A stretch of 64,000 nt of DNA from Omnitrophica WOR_2 bacterium RIFOXYA2_FULL_38_17 (GTDB taxonomy: Bacteria; Omnitrophota; Gorgyraeia; Zapsychrales; Zapsychraceae). Under the pieces are notes generated by a model. It was not told the origin of the DNA. It was given only the letters and a program-made list of their open reading frames with translations, and did no database searches. The stretch is from positions 13,930-77,929 of the forward strand of contig MHHG01000052.1 of assembly GCA_001805965.1 (NCBI GenBank). Reading direction: 5' to 3'. Of the stretch, positions 29,267-40,086 are shown piece after piece; position 1 is the first letter of the stretch, and the number at the start of each line of letters is the position of its first letter. A program made the translations under genes and the position numbers.

Positions 29267-29355
29267 GGTTAGTGATAGGTCTTGCCACATGCTAGTTCTT
29301 TAAATGGTAAGAGATTAAATAACTGTAATTTCTCAGTAATAGGAGGGAGTATTTA

Positions 29356-30339
29356 ATGGATTTGTCAAATAAAGTAGTTTTAATAACAGGAGGAACAGGG
29401 TCGTTTGGGAAAAAATTCACAGAGATTGTTCTAAATAAATTTAAAGTTAAGAAATTAATTATTTTAAGCCGTGATGAATTTAAACAATATGAAATGTCAA
29501 ATATTTTCCCGGAGTCTAAATATCCTATACGTTATTTTTTGGGAGATGTTCGTGATAAAGCACGTCTTTGCAGGGCTTTTGAAAATGTAGATTATGTGGT
29601 TCATGCAGCCGCATTAAAACAAGTTCCTGCATTGGAATATAATCCGATAGAAGCTGTTAAAACAAATATTATGGGAGCAGATAATATTGTTGATGCAGCT
29701 ATAGATTGTGGTGTGAAGCAGGTTATTGCTCTTTCTACAGATAAAGCTGTTAATCCTGTGAATCTTTATGGGGCGACTAAATTAGCCGCAGAAAAAATAT
29801 TTATAGCAGCAAATGCATATAGTGGGGGAAAAGTTAAGTTTTCTGTTGTTAGGTACGGTAATGTTGTTGGTTCGAGGGGTAGTGTTATTCCAATTTTTGT
29901 TAATTTTAAAAAAGAAAACCAGAAAGAATTTCCTGTCACAGATGAGCGTATGACGCGTTTTTGGATTACATTAGAACAATCTGTTGAATTAGTATTAAAA
30001 GCATTTAAACATTCTCAAGGAGGTGAAGTTTTTATCCCGATTATCCCGTCTATGAAAATTACTGATTTGGCAAGAGCTATTTCTCCTGATTGTAGTTTTA
30101 AGGTTATTGGTATTCGGCCTGGAGAAAAACTCCATGAGACATTAATTTCAGAAGACGAGTCATATAAAGTGAAGAAAATTGATGGAATGTACGTAGTGTT
30201 GCCGAGTTTTCATTCTTCTGATGGTTTAGATGCCAAATATAAAAATGCCGAATCAATGAAGGAACGATTTTGTTATCGTAGTGATACAAATGATAATTGG
30301 GTATCAGAAAAAGAAGTGCAATCGCTTATTGAGGGTTAA
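29356..30339 (+). CDS. pseB: UDP-GlcNAc 4,6-dehydratase (inverting)
   Basis: ITGGTGSFG, SRDEFKQ, HAAALKQVP, LSTDKAVNPVNLYGATK, RYGNVVGSRGSV, MTRFWI, GIRPGEKLHE. Confidence 0.95.
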   Translation: MDLSNKVVLITGGTGSFGKKFTEIVLNKFKVKKLIILSRDEFKQYEMSNIFPESKYPIRYFLGDVRDKARLCRAFENVDYVVHAAALKQVPALEYNPIEAVKTNIMGADNIVDAAIDCGVKQVIALSTDKAVNPVNLYGATKLAAEKIFIAANAYSGGKVKFSVVRYGNVVGSRGSVIPIFVNFKKENQKEFPVTDERMTRFWITLEQSVELVLKAFKHSQGGEVFIPIIPSMKITDLARAISPDCSFKVIGIRPGEKLHETLISEDESYKVKKIDGMYVVLPSFHSSDGLDAKYKNAESMKERFCYRSDTNDNWVSEKEVQSLIEG

Positions 30340-30342
30340 AAT

Positions 30343-31497
30343 ATGAGCAAGTATATTCCATATGGGCGACAATCAATAACTGACTCAGATATTCAATCTG
30401 TGGTAAAGGTGTTGAAATGCGATTTTATAACGCAAGGACCACAGGTCAGAAAATTTGAGAAGGCTCTTTGTATTTCTACACAAGCAAAATATGCTGTTGC
30501 TGTTTCAAATGGTACAGCGGCTCTTCATCTTGCTTGTCTTGCAGCAGGAATTGGAAAAGGTGATGAAGTTATAACATCACCGTTGACCTTTCTTGCATCC
30601 AGCAATTGTGTGCTTTATTGTGGCGGAAAAGTTGTTTTTGCGGACATTGATTCGCAGACAGCAAATATTGTATCTAGTGAGGTAGAAAAAAATATTACTA
30701 AGAAAACAAAAGCAATAATCCCAGTTCATTTTGCAGGACAGCCTTGTGAGGTAGATCAGATTCGGGATATTGGGAAAAAATATAATTTGATCATCATTGA
30801 AGATGCAGCGCATGCCCTTGGGGCCAAATATAAAGGCTCCCACATTGGATCTTGTAAATATTCGGACATGACAACGCTAAGCTTTCATCCATTAAAACAT
30901 ATTACTACCGGAGAAGGTGGCGCAATACTGACAAACCGAAAAGATTTTTATGAAAAACTTTTAATGTTGAGAAGTCATGGTGCGACAAAAGATAATTTTG
31001 TTAATAAATCAGAGGGGGATTGGTATTATGAGATGCAAATGCTGGGTTTCAACTATCGAATTACTGATATTCAATGTGCTTTGGGAGTATCTCAAATGAA
31101 AAAGCTGGGTAAATTTGTTCAAAGAAGGCGGAGAATTGTCGAGCTTTATAACAAGGCTTTTTTGGATAATCCATATTTTGATATCCCAATAGAGAAAGAT
31201 CATAGCTTTTCTTCATATCATCTTTATCCTATTAGGGTGAAAACTAACTATGTGCATAGTAGAAAAGATATATTTGCAGACTTAAGAAAGAATGGTTTGG
31301 GTGTTCAGGTACATTATTTCCCTGTTTACCTTCAGCCTTACTATCGGGAGCTTGGTTATCGTAAAGGGTTGTGTCCGATTGCCGAGCAATACTATAGCAA
31401 AACAATATCATTGCCTCTTTATCCAAAGATGCTTAATTCAGATGTAATCAAAGTAATTCAAGTTTGCATGAAAGTGTTTGATAAATATAGGAATTGA
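30343..31497 (+). CDS. pseC: UDP-4-amino-4,6-dideoxy-N-acetyl-L-altrosamine transaminase
   Basis: IPYGRQ, ITQGP, VSNGTAALH, EDAAHALG, SFHPLKHITTGEGG, GFNYRITDIQCALG. Confidence 0.95.
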   Translation: MSKYIPYGRQSITDSDIQSVVKVLKCDFITQGPQVRKFEKALCISTQAKYAVAVSNGTAALHLACLAAGIGKGDEVITSPLTFLASSNCVLYCGGKVVFADIDSQTANIVSSEVEKNITKKTKAIIPVHFAGQPCEVDQIRDIGKKYNLIIIEDAAHALGAKYKGSHIGSCKYSDMTTLSFHPLKHITTGEGGAILTNRKDFYEKLLMLRSHGATKDNFVNKSEGDWYYEMQMLGFNYRITDIQCALGVSQMKKLGKFVQRRRRIVELYNKAFLDNPYFDIPIEKDHSFSSYHLYPIRVKTNYVHSRKDIFADLRKNGLGVQVHYFPVYLQPYYRELGYRKGLCPIAEQYYSKTISLPLYPKMLNSDVIKVIQVCMKVFDKYRN

Positions 31498-32978
31498 TGA
31501 AAGTATTTATAATTACAGAAGGCGGAAAGGGAATAGGTCTTGGTCATATAACAAGATGCTTATCGATATATGAGGCTTTTGAAGATAGAGGGATAACACC
31601 TCTCTTTATTGTGATTGCTGATAGAAGTGTTAAAGCACTGCTTGGGGATAAAAATTATATTGCATTTAATTGGTTGAAGAATGAGAAAAAGTTACGTGAT
31701 TTATTAATAGATGTAGATATTGTAATTGTTGATTCTTATTTAGCAGATATTGTATTTTATAACAAAATATCAAAGAACATAAAAGTACCAGTTTTTATTG
31801 ATGATAACAATAGATTAAAATATCCTGAAGCCACTATAGTTAACGGTTCTATATGTGCTAAGGATCTTAATTATCCTAAAGGAAAGAATATTAAATATTT
31901 ATTAGGATCTGAATATGCTCCTATAAGAAAAGGATTTTGGGATGTCAAGAAGAGGAAAATTCGAGCAAAGATCAAGAATGTTATGATAACTTTAGGTGGG
32001 TGTGATTTGAAAGATACTTCAAGTAAATTGTTAGCAATGCTTGTAGATAATTATCCTGACTTAAATAAATATGTTGTTATTGCTAAAGGTTTTAGTGCCA
32101 GTAGTATTAATAGAATTAAAAAGAAGAAGGATAATCGCACACAGCTATTTTATTGCTTGGATTCTTCCGCAATGAAAAATTTAATGCAGAAATCTGATAT
32201 ATCTATCAGTGCTGGGGGACAGACTCTATATGAGCTTGCTCGAATGGGTTTGCCGACTATAGCAATTTGTGTTGCCGATAATCAGGTTAAGAATTGTAAT
32301 GGGTGGTTAAAAAAAAGATTTATTGAGTATGCGGGAGATGTTCAGGATAAGGATTTAGCAAAAAAAGTAAGAATAAGTATAAGAAGGATGGAACATAAGG
32401 ATTTTCGCGAAAAAAGCTCTCTTGCTGGTCAGGAAAAAGTAGACGGAAAAGGTGCGAAGCGAGTTGTTTATTATTGTTTAAATGAAGCTTTTAAAAATAC
32501 GATACAGCTAAGAAAAGCAAAGAAAACAGATGTGAATTTGGTCTATAAGCTTTCTAACTCAAAGGCAGTAAGAGAAGTTTCTTTCAATCCCGGAAAAATA
32601 TTATTAAAAGATCATGTTGAGTGGTTTAGCCAAAAAATTAAAGATAAAAAATGCTTGTTTCTTATTGCAGAGATTAAGGGTAAGTTTTTAGGCCAAATTA
32701 GATATGATGAAAATGGGGTAAGTGCGTTAATAAGTATTAGCTTGGATGAGAAATATAGAAGTAGCGGTGTGGGAAGTATTGTTTTACGGGGATCAATTCA
32801 AGAACTAAAACAGCTTAAGCCAAAACTAAAGTTGATAAATGCTTTTGTTAAAGAATCAAATGTCGTATCAATCAAGTTTTTTGAAAAGAATAATTTTGTT
32901 TACAAGGGAAGCAAATTGTTTGATGGTGTAAAAGCTTGTGAATATGTTTATTCTCTTAGAAGGAATTCATTAGTATGA
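31494..32978 (+). CDS. pseG: PseG hydrolase fused to a C-terminal PseH-like GNAT acetyltransferase
   Basis: IGLGHITRC, VDSY, TLGGCD, ISAGGQTLYEL, VADNQ, VDGKG, then a GNAT domain (HVEWF, GQIRYD, NVVSIKFFEK). Confidence 0.88.
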   Translation: MMKVFIITEGGKGIGLGHITRCLSIYEAFEDRGITPLFIVIADRSVKALLGDKNYIAFNWLKNEKKLRDLLIDVDIVIVDSYLADIVFYNKISKNIKVPVFIDDNNRLKYPEATIVNGSICAKDLNYPKGKNIKYLLGSEYAPIRKGFWDVKKRKIRAKIKNVMITLGGCDLKDTSSKLLAMLVDNYPDLNKYVVIAKGFSASSINRIKKKKDNRTQLFYCLDSSAMKNLMQKSDISISAGGQTLYELARMGLPTIAICVADNQVKNCNGWLKKRFIEYAGDVQDKDLAKKVRISIRRMEHKDFREKSSLAGQEKVDGKGAKRVVYYCLNEAFKNTIQLRKAKKTDVNLVYKLSNSKAVREVSFNPGKILLKDHVEWFSQKIKDKKCLFLIAEIKGKFLGQIRYDENGVSALISISLDEKYRSSGVGSIVLRGSIQELKQLKPKLKLINAFVKESNVVSIKFFEKNNFVYKGSKLFDGVKACEYVYSLRRNSLV

Positions 32979-34018
32979 TAAAGATCGGGAAGAAAAGTAT
33001 AGGAGAGAATAATTCAGTTTTTATAATTGCTGAGTTATCGGCCAATCATAATAAAGATTATCAAATTGCTAAAAAGACAATCAAGGCGGCAAAGTTAGCA
33101 GGCGCAGATGCTGTTAAGTTTCAGACATATACCCCTGATACAATCACTATAGATTCTAGTAATAAGTGTTTTCTGATCGATCAAGGAACTTTATGGGATG
33201 GAAAAACATTATATGAACTTTACCAAGAAGCTTATATGCCTTGGGAATGGCAACCAAAATTAAAAAAGTATGCAGAACAATTAGGTCTCGCATGCTTTTC
33301 ATCACCATTTGATAAGACGTCTGTTGAATTTCTAACCAAGATGAATGTTCCTGCGTACAAGATCGCATCTTTTGAAATTACGGATATTCCTCTTATTGAA
33401 TATGTTGCATCAAAAAATAAGCCTGTAATAATTTCGACGGGCATTGCGTCTAAGGATGAAATATTAGAGGCTGTGAGGGCATGTCGAAGAATGAAAAATT
33501 CCCAGATTGCTTTATTAAAATGTACTTCAGGTTATCCTGCGTCTTTTGAAAGTATGAATTTGAAAACAATTGCTGATATGAACAAGAGGTTTGGAGCAGT
33601 TGTTGGTTTATCAGATCATACATTGGGTATATCTGTTCCGGTAACAGCGGTAGCTATGGGAGCTAAAATAATTGAAAAGCATCTTACTCTAGACAGAAAT
33701 ATGGGTGGGCCTGATGAAGCATTTTCACTGGAACCTGAGGAGTTCAAATTAATGGTGGATTCTGTTAGGCAAGCAGAGAAGGCGCTAGGTAAGGTTACAT
33801 ATGTATTGAGTGAGGCAGTTAAGAGAAATAGAAAGTTTGCACGGTCTTTGTTTGTTGTAGAGGATATGACAAAAGGAGACAATTTTACCCACATAAATGT
33901 ACGTTCTATAAGGCCAGGTAATGGTATGAATCCTTATGATCTGAAAAAAGTTTTAAAAAAAAAGGCAAAAAGGAATATTAAAAAAGGAACCCCTTTGAAG
34001 TGGAGCTTAATTGAGTAA
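32975..34018 (+). CDS. pseI: Pseudaminic acid synthase
   Basis: IIAELSANHN, KFQTYTPDTIT, YKIASFE, LKCTSGYP, GLSDHT, IEKH, ARSLF, SAF domain SIRPG. Confidence 0.95.
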   Translation: MIKIGKKSIGENNSVFIIAELSANHNKDYQIAKKTIKAAKLAGADAVKFQTYTPDTITIDSSNKCFLIDQGTLWDGKTLYELYQEAYMPWEWQPKLKKYAEQLGLACFSSPFDKTSVEFLTKMNVPAYKIASFEITDIPLIEYVASKNKPVIISTGIASKDEILEAVRACRRMKNSQIALLKCTSGYPASFESMNLKTIADMNKRFGAVVGLSDHTLGISVPVTAVAMGAKIIEKHLTLDRNMGGPDEAFSLEPEEFKLMVDSVRQAEKALGKVTYVLSEAVKRNRKFARSLFVVEDMTKGDNFTHINVRSIRPGNGMNPYDLKKVLKKKAKRNIKKGTPLKWSLIE

Positions 34019-35924
34019 TGATATGAAAAAAAATATTGAGTCAAAGGAAAAAAAGAACAATGAAAGAGTTGTTGCTCTTGGATTAAATAAATTTGATCAG
34101 ATCGCCGCACTTTTTTACTGTTTCTTGAAGAATTACGATGCAGATGTTTATTCCTATGGAACATTTTCTTCGGGAATCCCTAATGGTGTTTTGTCAACAA
34201 TGAAAAAAGTGCCATTTTGGCAAAAATATTGGGAAAGTTCTGTTCATGAGAGATTTGGGAGGATTGGGGATAGCAAAGGATTTTTGTTTGAAGCCTACAA
34301 GGATGTTATTGATCTGACAATAATTTATTATAAAGAGCATTTTAGTGAAAAAAATTTGTTTGGAAAATATTGCGATAGGATATTTAAAACTAATAAGATG
34401 GAAGCTTTTATAAAAGATGAAATAGCTAAACAAATGATATCTTTTCTTGTTAATTTGAAACTGATAAGCTTTGATAATATTCAATTAAAAAAAAAATTAG
34501 TTATTATCATTAGTCCTATAAACAAGGTTGCGATCGATTATTTTGAAAAGAAGTATGGTGTGACGTTTGATATTGAAGAGGTTCGCTCATATAGTCCAGT
34601 ATTAGCTTGTTTTCAATATGCTATTTGGTTGATAAAAGAATGCTTTCTAAGGGGCCTGACTAAGGGGCAGAAAAGGAGAACATATAAACTTGCTAAAGCG
34701 GTAGTTTTTGGTTGTGAGCAGAAAACATTGAGTGATGATCTTCTGATAGATAATGATAAATTCCTTAAAGATGATATTTTATTCTTAAATTTTGAAAAGG
34801 AAAATAGTGCTTTTAATGATATGGGAGAAAAATTGAAGGAAAAAGGGTATTCTGTTGAGAATGTTAGTGATTTTAAGATAAGGATTGATTCTTTGCCAAA
34901 ACATTTACTTAATTATGTGTTTAGGCCTTTGAAAAGTTTGTTTTTTCTTCTGATTGAAGGAAAGTATTATTTTGTTTCAAATATTTGCCAGTTTTATAAG
35001 CATTGTTTTTTGTTGAGTATGATTTTTGAGAAAGTTAGTTTTAAAGTATTTTTGTCTCATAAGGATTGGGGTAATGTGGAAGAGACGATAGCATTGAATA
35101 TACATGGTTCACAGTGTGTAATTTTTCATTGGAGTGCTTTGAGGTTTTATAAAATATCGTCTCATGCCTTTGTTGCACATAATGTATATTATTTTTGGGG
35201 TCCTGCACATTCAGAATTTCAATATTCTAATGCTTTGATTGATAAAAGAGTTAATGTTGGCTGTATTTACAAGAAGGAATTCTCTGATTCTTTGAAGTCC
35301 GTGGAAGAGATTATATCAGAGATTAATGGTTTTGATAGCAGACGTCAATCAGTGCTTTTTTGTGATACATCATTTTCATCTAATTGTGAACAAACAGAGA
35401 TGAATTTTCTAGAGTTTATAAGAATTATGACAAGGTTTTGTGAGAGTCATGATGGTGTTAATGTTCTCTTTAAGCCTAAGAAATTAGATGGTGCGATAGA
35501 GTTAGCTTTGGGAGATAAGGCTGAAGAGTATAGGCAGTTAGTTAAGTGTTTAAGTAAGCGTGAGAATTATTTTCATTTTGATGGCGAAAAAGTTAGTTTT
35601 GTTAAGTTATTGTCTATTTCTGACCTTTGTGTAAGCATGGGTATGAACTCAACTTCGGTAGTCTCTTTGATTTGTAGAAAAGATGCACTGTTTTACGATA
35701 AGACAGGGAATAAGGAGCATCCATGGGCTAAAGAATATTTTAATATTTTGGTTTTTGATGATGAAGAAAAAATACTAAGACAGATAGATAGAATATTAAA
35801 AGGCGAATTTTCAAGTATTGATGTTTTAAGTGAACAAGAAATTAGAGAAATTGATGCGTTTGATGATGATCTCGCTATTGATAGGATTAGAGAAGATATT
35901 TCCATCTTGTGTGCTCTTAGTTGA
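34011..35924 (+). CDS. Hypothetical glycan-biosynthesis protein, GT-B-like C-terminus (putative CMP-sugar transferase 1)
   Basis: 637 aa; YYFWG, LFCDTS, LFKPK, SDLCVSMGMNSTSVVSL, IDAFDD; overlaps pseI. Confidence 0.55.
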   Translation: MSNDMKKNIESKEKKNNERVVALGLNKFDQIAALFYCFLKNYDADVYSYGTFSSGIPNGVLSTMKKVPFWQKYWESSVHERFGRIGDSKGFLFEAYKDVIDLTIIYYKEHFSEKNLFGKYCDRIFKTNKMEAFIKDEIAKQMISFLVNLKLISFDNIQLKKKLVIIISPINKVAIDYFEKKYGVTFDIEEVRSYSPVLACFQYAIWLIKECFLRGLTKGQKRRTYKLAKAVVFGCEQKTLSDDLLIDNDKFLKDDILFLNFEKENSAFNDMGEKLKEKGYSVENVSDFKIRIDSLPKHLLNYVFRPLKSLFFLLIEGKYYFVSNICQFYKHCFLLSMIFEKVSFKVFLSHKDWGNVEETIALNIHGSQCVIFHWSALRFYKISSHAFVAHNVYYFWGPAHSEFQYSNALIDKRVNVGCIYKKEFSDSLKSVEEIISEINGFDSRRQSVLFCDTSFSSNCEQTEMNFLEFIRIMTRFCESHDGVNVLFKPKKLDGAIELALGDKAEEYRQLVKCLSKRENYFHFDGEKVSFVKLLSISDLCVSMGMNSTSVVSLICRKDALFYDKTGNKEHPWAKEYFNILVFDDEEKILRQIDRILKGEFSSIDVLSEQEIREIDAFDDDLAIDRIREDISILCALS

Positions 35925-36018
35925 AAGTCAGATTAATATGTTTTTAATAATATAAGAAATTTAGATTGTTTTAGGGTATTGGAAAATTTAATATTGTAAA
36001 AAAGGGGAGGGAAGTACA

Positions 36019-36867
36019 ATGTCAATATTTGTAATTGCAGAAATAGGTATTAATCATAATGGGGACTTGGGTATAGCGAAACAGCTGATTGATGTTGCGA
36101 AGGTGGCTGGTGTTGATGCGGTGAAGTTCCAAAAAAGAACGATTGATTTGGTTTATACAAAGGAATTCTTAGACTCACCGCGTGAAAGTCCATGGGGAAC
36201 AACGCAACGAGCTCAAAAGGAAGGTCTTGAATTTGGATTGAAGGAGTATAAAGAAATCGATGCCTATTGCAAAGAAAAAGGCATTGAGTGGTTTATGTCT
36301 GCGTGGGATATTGAAAGTCAAAAATTTTCGCGACAGTTTAATTGTAAATACAATAAAGTAGCCTCAGCAATGATTGTTTATGAAAATTTGCTTAAGGAAA
36401 TTGCTTCAGAAAAAAAGCATACATTCATTTCGACTGGGATGTCGGAAGAGTCTCAGATTGACAGAGCTGTAGAAATATTTAAAGAATATGATTGTCCGTT
36501 TGAGCTTATGCATTGTGTTTCGACTTATCCTATGAACGATGAGGATGCAAATTTGAATCGTATTAAAGTTCTTCGTGATAAGTATAAGTGTGACGTGGGT
36601 TATAGTGGGCATGAAGTTGGTCTTGCAGTATCTTATGGTGCTGCTTCACTTGGAATTTCATCCCTTGAAAGACATATTACAACTGATCGTGCAATGTATG
36701 GTTCGGATCAAGCTGCTTCAGTTGAGCCAATGGGATTAATTCAATTGGTTGGTGCAGTTCGAAAAATTGAAAAAGCAATGGGCGATGGTAATATTGCAAT
36801 GAATGAAAAGGAAGTAGGTGTAGCAAAAAAATTAAGAGCTCATATTCCTTTTGAGGCTAAGAAATAG
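36019..36867 (+). CDS. NeuB/SpsE-family ulosonic acid synthase lacking the SAF domain
   Basis: VIAEIGINHNG, VKFQKR, KVASA, STGMS, HCVSTYP, GYSGHE, ERHIT.DR.MYGSDQ; ends at 282 aa. Confidence 0.92.
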   Translation: MSIFVIAEIGINHNGDLGIAKQLIDVAKVAGVDAVKFQKRTIDLVYTKEFLDSPRESPWGTTQRAQKEGLEFGLKEYKEIDAYCKEKGIEWFMSAWDIESQKFSRQFNCKYNKVASAMIVYENLLKEIASEKKHTFISTGMSEESQIDRAVEIFKEYDCPFELMHCVSTYPMNDEDANLNRIKVLRDKYKCDVGYSGHEVGLAVSYGAASLGISSLERHITTDRAMYGSDQAASVEPMGLIQLVGAVRKIEKAMGDGNIAMNEKEVGVAKKLRAHIPFEAKK

Positions 36868-36879
36868 AGGTTTATTATT

Positions 36880-37623
36880 ATGGCAGACGTTGTAGCAATA
36901 ATTCCTGCTCGTTCAGGATCTAAGGGAGTCGTTGATAAAAATATTAAATTGTTATCAGGCTATCCCTTAATTGCATATAGTATTGCTGTTGCAAAACTTG
37001 CAAGAGGTGTTGATCGAGTTATTGTTTCAACAAATTCTAAGGAATATGCCAACATAGCGTGTGAGTATGGTGCAGAAGTTCCTTTTTTACGTCCGGAAGA
37101 AATATCGAGTGATTATAGTACAGATTATGATTGCATGAAGCATGCATTAGATTGGATAAAGAACGAAGAGGGCGCTATTCCTAGTTATTTAGTTCACTTA
37201 CGGCCGACAACACCATTTAGAGATCCTGGGCTTATTGAAAAAGCTATTATGTGTTTAAAACAAGATAAAGAAGCTACTGCATTGAGGTCCGTGCATGAAA
37301 TGTCAGAATCAGCGTATAAGTCATTTGAAGTAGACGGAGATTATTTAAAAACAATTGGATCAAATTCTTTTGATTTGGATGAAGCTAATAAACCAAGACA
37401 AAGTTTTAATAAAACCTATCAGGCTAATGGTTATGTTGATATTTTAAAAACATTATACATTATTGACAATCATAAACTGCATGGAAATCGAGTAGCAGCG
37501 TTTGTTACACCATATGTAGTTGAGGTAGATGTTTTGGAGGATTTTGACCATTTGGAGTATCAAGCATCAAAAAATCCAGATATTGTTAAAAAATTGTTTT
37601 TAAAAAAGGAAATGAACTTATGA
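36880..37623 (+). CDS. Acylneuraminate cytidylyltransferase family (second copy)
   Basis: AIIPARSGSKGVVDKNI, VPFLRP, HLRPTTPFR, PRQ...YQANGYVD. Confidence 0.92.
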   Translation: MADVVAIIPARSGSKGVVDKNIKLLSGYPLIAYSIAVAKLARGVDRVIVSTNSKEYANIACEYGAEVPFLRPEEISSDYSTDYDCMKHALDWIKNEEGAIPSYLVHLRPTTPFRDPGLIEKAIMCLKQDKEATALRSVHEMSESAYKSFEVDGDYLKTIGSNSFDLDEANKPRQSFNKTYQANGYVDILKTLYIIDNHKLHGNRVAAFVTPYVVEVDVLEDFDHLEYQASKNPDIVKKLFLKKEMNL

Positions 37624-38999
37624 GTTATCGATTTTCACAAATACCTGTTGATGTTCCGTTTGTTTCAACAAAGCATCGCACTATAAAGACTGCAATTCCA
37701 GCGTCAGAGACATTGAGTGTTTTATTGGAACAAGAAAAGTATGAATCTCACTCTATGCATGGACAGCTGCCTGTGGTTTGGGACAAGGCAGAGGATTTTC
37801 AAGTTTACGATAAGTGTGGTAATTGTTGGATAGATTTTACATCTACAATTTTTGTTGCAAATGCTGGGCACTCAAATCCTCGAATAGTAGATGCTTTAAG
37901 AAAAGCGATTGATAAAAAGTTACTGCATACATATACATATGCTCATGAGGCTCGATCTTTGTTTCTGAAGAAATTAATAGAATCAACACCTTCCCAATTT
38001 GAAAAGGCTTTTTTATTGTCAGCTGGAACAGAAGCGACGGAATGTGCAGTAAAGTTAATGAGAATGCATGGTCAAGAGATACATCCTTCTAAGGTTGGCA
38101 TTGTTTCTTTTGAAGGTGCGATGCATGGGAGGACTATGGCAGCTGAAATGCTTAAAGGGAAGCAAGGAAAATTGACTTGGGTTGGACATGATGATCCTAA
38201 TATTTATCACCTTCCATTTCCTTATCCTTGGGATGAAAAAGGATTATCTAGGAGTGAATGTGATTGGGAACAATGTTTTGAAGATAATATTGATAAATTG
38301 AAATCTAGTGGTTTGGATTTTGAAAATATTGCAGGTTTTATTATTGAATCCTATTTAGGTTGGGGGGCAATTTTTTATCCAAAAGACTATATTAAAGCTA
38401 TTGCCAAATTTGCCAAAAAGCATAATTGTTTAGTTACTTTTGATGAGATTCAAGGAGGATTTGGAAGAAGTGGGAAGTTGTTTGTTTATGAACATTATAA
38501 TGTTGAGCCAGATATGCTTTGTCTTGGAAAATCATTGAGTGGAAGTTTACCATTATCAGCAGTTATTGGTAGTAAAAAAATTATGGATTTGCCGGGGATT
38601 GGTTCTATGAGCAGTACTCATTCTGCGAACCCACTTTGTTGTGTTGCTGGATTAGCAAATCTAGAAGCTATTGAGTCTGAAAATTTAGTTGAAGAATCTG
38701 CTAGAAAGGGCGTGATATTGCATAAACGTCTTAACGAATTAAAAAATAAATATTCAAATAGAATCTCATGGGTCCTTGGGAAAGGCCTGGTTGCTGGTTT
38801 GCTTTTTAAAGATCCTGCGACAGGAAAGCCTGATGTATTATTTCCAAGTCGAGTTTGTGAAAAAGCTATGCAAAAGGGATTGCTTCTTGTTCATACTGGA
38901 AGAGAGTCAATAAAGATAGGACCACCGTTAACGATTTCAGACGAGGCCCTAGTAGAAGGGCTTGATGTACTTGAGGAATCAATCGAAGAACTTAGTTGA
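37620..38999 (+). CDS. Class III PLP aminotransferase
   Basis: WIDFTS, AGH, GTEATE, MHGRT, FDEIQGGFGRSG, LCLGKSLSG, STHSANP. Confidence 0.92.
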   Translation: MSYRFSQIPVDVPFVSTKHRTIKTAIPASETLSVLLEQEKYESHSMHGQLPVVWDKAEDFQVYDKCGNCWIDFTSTIFVANAGHSNPRIVDALRKAIDKKLLHTYTYAHEARSLFLKKLIESTPSQFEKAFLLSAGTEATECAVKLMRMHGQEIHPSKVGIVSFEGAMHGRTMAAEMLKGKQGKLTWVGHDDPNIYHLPFPYPWDEKGLSRSECDWEQCFEDNIDKLKSSGLDFENIAGFIIESYLGWGAIFYPKDYIKAIAKFAKKHNCLVTFDEIQGGFGRSGKLFVYEHYNVEPDMLCLGKSLSGSLPLSAVIGSKKIMDLPGIGSMSSTHSANPLCCVAGLANLEAIESENLVEESARKGVILHKRLNELKNKYSNRISWVLGKGLVAGLLFKDPATGKPDVLFPSRVCEKAMQKGLLLVHTGRESIKIGPPLTISDEALVEGLDVLEESIEELS

Positions 39000-39661
39000 C
39001 GCAGGAAGGATTTTCTATGTTTCATGAAGCTTTAAATGAAAAATGTCTCGAAATTTATATTGATCGTGTAAAAAACATTGATCTTATATGGGTCGAGCAA
39101 TTTTTAGATATTATTTCTGAGAGAATTTGTTCTGATAGTTATTTTCGATTAAACGATATAGGGTGCAATCTTGGTCAATTTTGGAAGGGATTGAAGAAGC
39201 GTGAATGGGGAAAGAATATAAATTATTTTGGATATGATTGTGACGATCTTTATCTTGAAGAAGCAAAGAAAGTATTTTCTGAAATATCTGATAATTTATT
39301 CAAGTTTGATGTTACTCAGGAAAAGCCTCCCGAGTGCGATATTACTGTTTGTTCTGCTACTCTAGAGCATCTAGAGAATCTTCAACCAGGTCTTGATAAT
39401 ATGTTACAATCTACCAAAAAATTATTTTTATTGAGAACATTCTTAGGGGAAGAAACTTTATGTTCAAAGAGAATGATAGAAGATGCAAAAGTGCCTTATA
39501 ACGTTCATCAGTTTTCATTTAGAGAATTATTTTTAGCACTTGAAAAGAATGGTTTTTCTTCAAAGGTGATTCGTGATAAATATACGGATTCCATGCCTGT
39601 TTATCTTGATGATGGTATGATTCGTACAATATTTATAGTAGCTGGGAGCAAAGTGCAATGA
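38996..39661 (+). CDS. Class I SAM-dependent methyltransferase-like protein
   Basis: NDIGCNLG, YFGYD, SATLEHL; alternative start at ATG 39017. Confidence 0.7.
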   Translation: MTQEGFSMFHEALNEKCLEIYIDRVKNIDLIWVEQFLDIISERICSDSYFRLNDIGCNLGQFWKGLKKREWGKNINYFGYDCDDLYLEEAKKVFSEISDNLFKFDVTQEKPPECDITVCSATLEHLENLQPGLDNMLQSTKKLFLLRTFLGEETLCSKRMIEDAKVPYNVHQFSFRELFLALEKNGFSSKVIRDKYTDSMPVYLDDGMIRTIFIVAGSKVQ

Positions 39662-40086
39662 TAAAAGATATTCGACATACAGGTATAGTTGTTGCGGATT
39701 TGGAGGCATCACTAAAATTTTATCAAGATATTCTTGGCTTTAGCATTGTTAAGAAAATGGATGAAACAGGAGATTTTATTGATAATATTCTATTACTGGA
39801 GAATGTAAAGGTTACAACTGTAAAGATGGCGTCTTCATCAGGGCAAATGATAGAGCTGTTGAAATATCAATCTCATCCTGCAGATCAAAAAAAACATGAT
39901 ATTAATGATGTTGGAATTTCTCATATTGCATTTACCGTTGATGATTTGGACGTGGTGTATAAAAGGTTAATGGATAATAAAATTCAATTTAATTCATCTC
40001 CACAAATTTCTCCGGATGGTTATGCAAAAGTTGTTTTTTGTCGGGCTCCAGAAGGGACAATGATTGAACTAGTAGAGGTTTTATAA
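39658..40086 (+). CDS. VOC/glyoxalase family protein
   Basis: IRHTGIVVADL, IELL, SHIAFTV, PEGTMIELVE. Confidence 0.9.
   Translation: MIKDIRHTGIVVADLEASLKFYQDILGFSIVKKMDETGDFIDNILLLENVKVTTVKMASSSGQMIELLKYQSHPADQKKHDINDVGISHIAFTVDDLDVVYKRLMDNKIQFNSSPQISPDGYAKVVFCRAPEGTMIELVEVL

Noticed and set aside
33955-33963. A9 tract in pseI and other A/T runs as phase-variation sites
   Set aside because: Expected in Lys-rich AT-rich coding sequence; frames are intact and no poly-G/C tracts were seen.
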